Virus record (IMG/VR): IMGVR_UViG_3300011442_000002 | Location: 1 to 11,824 of that record | Length of the DNA: 11,824 nucleotides | DNA from: a virus | Taxonomy: Duplodnaviria > Heunggongvirae > Uroviricota > Caudoviricetes | Strand: one strand, 5' to 3' | In this document: piece after piece, positions 6,911-11,824 of the stretch | Numbering within the stretch: position 1 is the stretch's first letter | How the letters are laid out: every line of letters begins with the position of its first letter | Translations under genes and position numbers: made by a program | Notes under the pieces: generated by a model | What the model was told of the DNA's origin: nothing | The model's database searches: none | Seen by the model: only the letters and a program-made list of their open reading frames with translations

Positions 6911-6935
6911 ATCGAAGCAAGTATAACGAGTAAGA

Positions 6936-8198
6936 CTATGGAAGAATAGTTTCCTGAGTCTTGATAGTAATTTGCCATGATTTACCAGTACCATCGATGA
7001 TGTTTTGGTAAGCAATAGAAGCACGAACTAAGTCACCCTGGCCACCAAGACCAACCTCATAAGTGTCTTTAATAGCCACTGGCGCAAGTAACGCAATTAG
7101 GTTGTTTGCGGTCTTCGTAGCTGTAAGAGTTATACTTTGAGAAGTAATAGATTTGAACAGGTCGTAATCAGTACGAGCTTCAAAGTCACGTTCCATTGAC
7201 ATAGTAGAGTTTCGCTCACCATACTTGATGAACTCTGCTCCACGTCCTGTGCTCTTTAGCCGGAACTGTGCTTCAGCATTGTCTTCAACACTGAATTCGA
7301 ATGTATCCGTGTCCAGAACAGTAGATCCCGTGGGAACTTCGATGGTGTACATACCAGCACCGAATGGTGTGGTTGTAGGCCATGTTGCTACAGGTAGTGA
7401 CTGAACTGCTTCGTCTCTACCAATAACGTTTGTACCAAATGTTAACAAACCATTATCGATGCCAAATGTAAAGCTGGATAAACAAATTCCAGTGTAACCA
7501 AAAACAACACCATTACGTACAATAGTTAATGATAATGTTTTATTTGGTACAGCCGCAGATGTTGGCGTAATTGTGTAAATCCAGTTAGGGTTAGCTCCGG
7601 TGCGGACAATCGAAGTACGAGAAGCCCACAGGAACCACAATACGACATCCTCTAGTGACTCTAATGCAAGTTCACCTTCTGGATGGAAGTTACCCGCAAC
7701 TGCACCAATGATGTCGGCAGACTGCCGAATTGGCCGGCGCCATACTGTATCTTCAGTGATCTTAATTGATTCGCTGTTGAATGGGAAGAACTTGGTTGGC
7801 GCAACATAAGTGCCAGGCGCTACTGCCGTATTAGTAGTAGGGAAAGCACCAGCCGGAGCACCAACTGCTGCATCCGCATAGGTAAGAACTAAACCAAGTG
7901 CTATCACGAATAGTTCAGTATCACTAGCACCTGCAGCCGCAGTTCTATATACCCTATATCCTGTAGCGCCAGTTACGGAAGCCCAAGTTAGGGTAGCAGT
8001 TAAGTTACCAGCAGCGGTAGTAACAGAAACTTCGTTACTAACTGTAGTTTCGCCGTTAGCGTTAATCGCTGTAAGGTAATATTTATAGGTTCCTGCGGTT
8101 AGTGCTCCACCTGCTGTGGCGGAACCAGCTAACACAGGAGGTGTTAATTGTTCTACTGCAATTCCAGCAATACCTGCTGCACCAATACCTACAGACAT
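6936..8198 (-). CDS. Major tail (tube) protein with a probable inserted Ig/FnIII-like domain (420 aa)
   Basis: Tube-family motifs: GIAGIAVE..PGTYVAPTKFFPFNSESI, LSLTIVRNGVVFGYTGICLSSFTFGIDNGLL, FEFSVEDN. Very strong SD. Position immediately before the chaperones and tape measure. Confidence 0.9.
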   Translation of the reverse strand: MSVGIGAAGIAGIAVEQLTPPVLAGSATAGGALTAGTYKYYLTAINANGETTVSNEVSVTTAAGNLTATLTWASVTGATGYRVYRTAAAGASDTELFVIALGLVLTYADAAVGAPAGAFPTTNTAVAPGTYVAPTKFFPFNSESIKITEDTVWRRPIRQSADIIGAVAGNFHPEGELALESLEDVVLWFLWASRTSIVRTGANPNWIYTITPTSAAVPNKTLSLTIVRNGVVFGYTGICLSSFTFGIDNGLLTFGTNVIGRDEAVQSLPVATWPTTTPFGAGMYTIEVPTGSTVLDTDTFEFSVEDNAEAQFRLKSTGRGAEFIKYGERNSTMSMERDFEARTDYDLFKSITSQSITLTATKTANNLIALLAPVAIKDTYEVGLGGQGDLVRASIAYQNIIDGTGKSWQITIKTQETILP

Positions 8199-8204
8199 TG
8201 TATT

Positions 8205-8215
8205 CCTCCCTCCTT
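8205..8215 (-). promoter_or_regulatory. Tandem Shine-Dalgarno (AAGGAGGGAGG) of the major tail gene
   Basis: Reads TAAGGAGGGAGGAATACAATG directly in front of ATG 8198. Confidence 0.8.
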
Positions 8216-8420
8216 AGTCAGTAGAAGTTGGTTCATCTAACACTGCTGTTGCGGTAACCTGCACGTATGAAGGAAAGTTAGCAGAGGCCAAAGAAGTACC
8301 ATGATAAACCTTGAACAGATTTAGCATCTCGGCGGTAACAGCAACCGGTTCATTGGCCTTTAGTAGTCCAATGGCATCAAGCAACACTTCACGGTCAGAT
8401 ACTATTTCAAAAGCTATCAC
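8214..8420 (-). CDS. Small hypothetical virion-module protein (68 aa)
   Basis: GTG start with AAGGAG SD. Fills the gap between the terminator-like gene and the tail tube gene. Confidence 0.8.
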   Translation of the reverse strand: MIAFEIVSDREVLLDAIGLLKANEPVAVTAEMLNLFKVYHGTSLASANFPSYVQVTATAVLDEPTSTD

Positions 8421-8429
8421 AACTACTCC

Positions 8430-8891
8430 TTATGGCGCTGCTGGAGGCGAAAGATAGGTCTTGGTTGTGCCAGCAAACATAAGCTTTACACTACGAAACA
8501 TGCTGTTGTTAGCCATAATAGTTTCGCCTTTAGCCATTTGAGTTACATATCCATGTATAATGATACCACCAAGAGTAGTATCTTCATGAATTTTCTGCTC
8601 TAATGCATAGGCTCTGGCATCAGCCGCTCTACGTTGTGTAGCTTCGTCGCCTACCTTACTCCAGTGCATGTCAATTTCTACCAGAAGTTGATTTTCTGTT
8701 CTACCACCTGGACCTGATACCCCAGCTAGTGTTCTACCCTTACCTGCCGCCATTACTACAGCAGCAGAAGCGTTTGGTATATTGTTATGATATCCATAGA
8801 GAACATCATCTAACTGTAACGTAACTTTATCTGCATCAATAAGAGCGAAGATCGCCTCCGCAACTACTGCATCATCATCAGTATGTGGCAT
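8430..8891 (-). CDS. Probable tail terminator / tail completion protein (153 aa)
   Basis: Size and position (after the neck gene, before the tube gene). Alpha/beta pattern typical of gpU/gp37-like terminators (AEAIFALID..LLVEIDMH..ALEQKIHEDTTLGG). Assignment rests mostly on synteny. Confidence 0.65.
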   Translation of the reverse strand: MPHTDDDAVVAEAIFALIDADKVTLQLDDVLYGYHNNIPNASAAVVMAAGKGRTLAGVSGPGGRTENQLLVEIDMHWSKVGDEATQRRAADARAYALEQKIHEDTTLGGIIIHGYVTQMAKGETIMANNSMFRSVKLMFAGTTKTYLSPPAAP

Positions 8892-9643
8892 TAGAGGCTC
8901 AACCCCTTCTCTTCTCTTCCCCAGTGCTTATCTACTTGATCAGACATGAAATTGTAGAAGATACCGTAAATTTCTGCTTCTTCTTCAGTTTGCAGTGCTA
9001 GGAATGGACGTGGTGGTAACCGAAATGTTCTTGTATCTTCACCAAGTTCTGGTCTAGCTGCTCTACGACTTATACTAAAACCGCTACCAACGGTTGGTCC
9101 AGAGCCTGGTCTAGTTTTTCCGGTTTGACCAATTCTGGTTGAGAGGAAACCTAATGTTCTATTGCGTCGAGTACCAGCGCCAAATTGATGAAAATATGCA
9201 TACTTGACTAATTGATCTACAAACTCTGTGCGTAGCATAAGCATGTCTACGCCTTCACGCCCAACGGCACTAATTACATCCCAAATATTTTTTCTTGTCA
9301 TTATTCGTTGTAGCCGACCAGTACGTTCGAGAATTGGACCTCTTGGGAATCCCATATACAAACGGTTTTTAATGGTCTGTGGTGCAAGTTTTTTCCATGG
9401 TGGTCTACCTTGTGCAGCAAAGTTTCTTTCAATTGATGGTACGATGACAAAATCTCGAGCTTCTATTAATGGTTTACGCCAGGTTTTGAATGACATATCT
9501 AGTTTATCAATATCGCTAGCAAACAGATATGCACCGCGAACGAAGTTCAACCAAGGATCAATTTCAATAGCAGGAATTTTCAGACCAGACTGCACCGCTT
9601 GAGAAATTACAAACGGAGTAGGCTTTGGAAAATTACTTGCCAT
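8891..9643 (-). CDS. Phage virion morphogenesis (neck) protein, Mu gpG / P2 gpS-like (250 aa)
   Basis: Family motifs NFAAQGRPPWKKLAPQT, ILERTGRL, YAYFHQFG and LPPRPFL. TAATG overlaps with both neighbours. Confidence 0.85.
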   Translation of the reverse strand: MASNFPKPTPFVISQAVQSGLKIPAIEIDPWLNFVRGAYLFASDIDKLDMSFKTWRKPLIEARDFVIVPSIERNFAAQGRPPWKKLAPQTIKNRLYMGFPRGPILERTGRLQRIMTRKNIWDVISAVGREGVDMLMLRTEFVDQLVKYAYFHQFGAGTRRNRTLGFLSTRIGQTGKTRPGSGPTVGSGFSISRRAARPELGEDTRTFRLPPRPFLALQTEEEAEIYGIFYNFMSDQVDKHWGREEKGLSL

Positions 9644-10095
9644 TAAAACATCTTTCCCATAGAAAACTTAGCTGGTCCTAGCGAAGGATCTTCCGGTGTA
9701 GGTTCTAACGCAGAAGATGCATCATTGGGGTAGAAGCTAGGACCTAGACCCATACCTGTACCAGGCTCACCAGGAATGTCGATGGTACCATCTAGTAGTC
9801 CACTCATTAACATTTCAGCATTGACTCGCAGCATAGCTGCGTAATCATTACCTTGAGACTGGTTTTCGCTATATTGCCGGTCGTAAAACCAAGCAACATA
9901 CATCTTGGATATGATAACTTTGACTAAGGCCGGCGTATTAGTACTATCAGTCCAGCCAGTAGTAACAAAGACGCTATCCAAGCGGCTAAGTATTTCCTGT
10001 TCTATTTGCCCAACTAGAGATACATCAAGGGTGGACAGATTCAACTTAGTAGACTCTGCCCACCCCTGTGCATCAGTGGGAGTAATTCGAGCCAT
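9643..10095 (-). CDS. Head-to-tail adaptor, Mu gp36 (DUF1320)-like (150 aa)
   Basis: Helical pattern TPALVKVIISKMYVAWFYDR..YAAMLRVNAEMLMSGLLDGTIDI. GAGGAG SD. Position after the capsid genes. Confidence 0.72.
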   Translation of the reverse strand: MARITPTDAQGWAESTKLNLSTLDVSLVGQIEQEILSRLDSVFVTTGWTDSTNTPALVKVIISKMYVAWFYDRQYSENQSQGNDYAAMLRVNAEMLMSGLLDGTIDIPGEPGTGMGLGPSFYPNDASSALEPTPEDPSLGPAKFSMGKMF

Positions 10096-10112
10096 TACTC
10101 CTCTGTTTCTTT

Positions 10113-10412
10113 CTAAGGCTTATCAACCGGAGCTTCAGTAGTTTCTCCTGTTGCTGATCCTTCTGTATCAGCAGGTTCAGTTGTAGTAACAACAGGTTCT
10201 ACTACTGGCTCTACTACTGGTTCCTCTTGCTTTTCTGGTTCTGGTTCTGGTTCTGGTTCAACAACTCTAACCTCAATTGCTCCTGCATCATGTAACTCAA
10301 TGAGCTGCTCTTTTGTAAATGCAGAAGCGTTGATTTCAGAACCAGCAGCGAAGAAACCATCAGGATCGTTAGATGCTTTTACATTTGTTACCGCGAATAG
10401 TTTCTTTGGCAT
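10113..10412 (-). CDS. Small acidic protein downstream of the capsid gene, with a low-complexity Glu/Pro tail (99 aa)
   Basis: GAGAGG SD. About 50-aa folded-looking N-terminus (FFAAGSEI..EQLIELHDAGAIE) followed by EPEPEPEPE and PVVE repeats. Position matches lambda FI / Mu gp35-like small genes, but function is not assignable. Confidence 0.8.
   Translation of the reverse strand: MPKKLFAVTNVKASNDPDGFFAAGSEINASAFTKEQLIELHDAGAIEVRVVEPEPEPEPEKQEEPVVEPVVEPVVTTTEPADTEGSATGETTEAPVDKP
10195..10259. repeat. In-frame coding tandem repeats: (TTCTGG)x4.5 at 10233-10259 and (GGYTCTACTACT)x2.5 at 10195-10224
   Basis: Read directly from the sequence. They encode the EP and VVEP repeats of the 99-aa protein. 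Confidence 0.9.
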
Positions 10413-10425
10413 TGTAGCCTCTCAA

Positions 10426-11400
10426 TTACGCGATTGCGGCTTTGATAACGTAGCCAGCAATTGACTTACCAGCATCTGAACCTTCGCCAAGTGCTGTTAG
10501 CTTAAGGTCATAACGCCGAGACGCACGGATAAGGTCAGACCGGCGCTGATCTTCACGCCAACGGTCTACGTACTGAGTGCCCCAAGTGAATTCATAACCA
10601 AAGGCAGGAATCTTTAGACCTGGACGCGGAGGCACCCAAGCCATAACAACATCCTTGCCCCACAGGTAGCCTAGTGTTGCGGTTGCACCAGGGTTAGCAG
10701 AGTTATAGCCCACACCAGGAACGATAACCTTGCTAAAACCAAGAACAGCACCAAGAAGCTCAGGACTGAAAATCGCGCGCTCGCTGTACTTAATGCGCTC
10801 CAGGAAATCTGGGTGATCTTCCAGAGCAGCCATTACCTGATAAGGAACAATCAGAGTGTTTGGCTCCGAGAAAATCTTAGCATGTACAGCAACCTTGCCA
10901 GTACGCATGTCTGAAATAGGGTCAGATGTTGCGTAGTTAGCAGAGTTCCACTGTGCCGTACCGGATAGGGTAGTGCTGAGACCAGATGCGTAGTTAGCTG
11001 TAGTAGTAACTAGCGTCTTAATTGCAACCTCGCGACCAAGCATGATCTTTGAAGTTACAAGCTCAGTAGCATCCCGGTCTGGTGCTAACGGAGAATCAAC
11101 GTTTTCACGCTCTTCGTCCGTTACTGGAATCTGAAGAGAGTGCTCACGTGCGTAGTACGTGTCAGTCGATAGCGTGTAACCAATAATTTCGTTAGCGACT
11201 GTGCCTGGCGCACGGTTATCGTCTTCCGGAAGCCAGCCCTCACGGCCAAAGATGTAGTACTTGTCAGATTGCTTTTTAACTGCCACAGAAGGCAGTAAAG
11301 CATCTCCGACTAGGCCGTTGTTCGGCCATGCAACGCTAATCTGAGTTAGGATCTGATCAACGTGAACGTTGCCCGAACCACTAGGGTTGTAAGCTGCCAT
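10426..11400 (-). CDS. Major capsid protein, lambda gpE-like family (HK97 fold, 324 aa)
   Basis: N-terminal signature HVDQILTQISVAW..LLPSVAVKKQSDKYYIF, plus RAPGT, TDEER, PNTLIV and WGKDVVMAWV. Strong SD. Confidence 0.93.
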   Translation of the reverse strand: MAAYNPSGSGNVHVDQILTQISVAWPNNGLVGDALLPSVAVKKQSDKYYIFGREGWLPEDDNRAPGTVANEIIGYTLSTDTYYAREHSLQIPVTDEERENVDSPLAPDRDATELVTSKIMLGREVAIKTLVTTTANYASGLSTTLSGTAQWNSANYATSDPISDMRTGKVAVHAKIFSEPNTLIVPYQVMAALEDHPDFLERIKYSERAIFSPELLGAVLGFSKVIVPGVGYNSANPGATATLGYLWGKDVVMAWVPPRPGLKIPAFGYEFTWGTQYVDRWREDQRRSDLIRASRRYDLKLTALGEGSDAGKSIAGYVIKAAIA

Positions 11401-11407
11401 TTAGTTT

Positions 11408-11417
11408 CCCTCCCTTC
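11408..11417 (-). promoter_or_regulatory. Strong Shine-Dalgarno (GAAGGGAGGG) of the major capsid gene
   Basis: Reads GAAGGGAGGGAAACTAAATG in front of ATG 11400. Confidence 0.8.
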
Positions 11418-11422
11418 AAATC

Positions 11423-11824
11423 TTACGTTAGGACTGCAACGCCACCTGGCGTTAGCAGAACATCGATAAGGTCACCAGCGGCAACAGTACCAGTAAGACC
11501 AACACAAATACCAATAACAGCATTTGTGGTCACAGCTAGCTTTACGCCACCAGCGTTAGCACCAGTACCACTAGGCGCAACCCGAGATCCGATAACAATA
11601 GAACCAGGAGTGTCTGAAACCCGTAGTTTGGTAATACCCATCATACGGACGTCAGCTACTGCCTTGCCTGTTGCTACCTTAGCTGCATCAATGTTTTCCT
11701 GCACTACACCAATGCTAATCTGAGTGGCGGTGGCATTAAGATCGATGATACCAGTTACAGTATCAACCTTGACACAACGGAAAGCAGTAACCCCAGCCGT
11801 TGCAGAGCTATTGTACGTAGAAAG
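11423..11824 (-). CDS. Capsid cement/decoration protein (DUF2190-like), 5' end outside the window
   Basis: The frame is open to the window edge, beyond the ORF-track start at 11704: LSTYNSSATAGVTAFRCVKVDTVTGIIDLNATATQISIGVVQEN..GITKL..GSRV..AAGDLIDVLL. Small Gly/Ala/Val-rich beta protein immediately upstream of the capsid gene. Confidence 0.8.
   Translation of the reverse strand, partial: LSTYNSSATAGVTAFRCVKVDTVTGIIDLNATATQISIGVVQENIDAAKVATGKAVADVRMMGITKLRVSDTPGSIVIGSRVAPSGTGANAGGVKLAVTTNAVIGICVGLTGTVAAGDLIDVLLTPGGVAVLT

Larger units (their letters stand above)
1..11824 (-). mobile_element. Phage or prophage virion morphogenesis and lysis-start module (siphovirus-type)
   Basis: Fifteen tightly packed minus-strand genes, with 1-4 nt stop/start overlaps or short spacers and Shine-Dalgarno motifs. 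Order is the canonical capsid, neck, tail tube, chaperones, tape measure, Dit, fibre, lysin. No sheath gene. Free phage versus prophage cannot be decided because no host flank is present. Confidence 0.96.

Noticed and set aside
6892-6920. Possible promoters in the intergenic gap: minus-strand TTGCTT-N17-TATAGG, and plus-strand TATAAT at 6894-6899
   Set aside because: The minus-strand -10 lacks the conserved final T. The plus-strand TATAAT has neither a -35 nor an extended-10 TG. Both are expected by chance in AT-rich DNA.
6868-6978. 37-aa N-terminal extension of the chaperone (track start 6978), and a possible tube-chaperone fusion through this open frame
   Set aside because: It overlaps the tube gene and has no SD, whereas ATG 6867 has GAAAGGG. 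The last codons of the tube gene contain no slippery heptamer to feed the frame.
9-11723. All plus-strand ORFs in the track (9-200, 972-1160, 1715-2014, 2260-2757, 2806-2988, 4170-4376, 4623-5000, 5145-5366, 7600-7809, 9228-9602, 9905-10141, 11121-11303, 11526-11723)
   Set aside because: Each lies antisense to a well-supported minus-strand gene, shows no recognisable motif, and is the expected shadow of A/T-ending codon bias.
1-11824. Alternative genetic code (stop-codon reassignment)
   Set aside because: Genes are full length under code 11, and TAA, TAG and TGA all terminate genes at sensible boundaries.
1-11824. CRISPR array, DGR template/variable repeats, invertible fibre cassette, introns/inteins, tRNA genes
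   Set aside because: No spaced repeats, duplicated gene segments, reverse transcriptase, recombinase, homing endonuclease or unexplained non-coding space were seen. Coding density leaves no room.

Overview
The whole window is one co-directional (minus-strand) virion morphogenesis operon of a tailed dsDNA phage or prophage with a long non-contractile (siphovirus-type) tail. No host genes, RNA genes, integrase or CRISPR are visible. In transcription order (right to left): capsid cement/decoration protein (5' end cut off), lambda gpE-like major capsid protein, small acidic protein, Mu gp36-like head-tail adaptor, Mu gpG/P2 gpS-like neck protein, probable tail terminator, small protein, major tail tube protein, tail assembly chaperone pair, 850-aa tape measure protein, distal tail protein (Dit), fibre/receptor-binding-like protein, signal-peptide-bearing SGNH hydrolase, 66-aa CxxC protein, and the start of a GH25-like endolysin. 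Two coding segments are missing from the ORF track: the -1 frame chaperone extension (6251-6493), reached through an in-phase A AAA AAC slippery site, and the endolysin N-terminus (1-98). The most unusual points are: (i) an exported SGNH esterase between the fibre and the lysin; (ii) no Tal/baseplate-hub gene between Dit and the lysis genes; (iii) apparent accessory domains inserted inside both the tail tube protein and Dit. All family calls come from motif recognition by eye, not from database searches.
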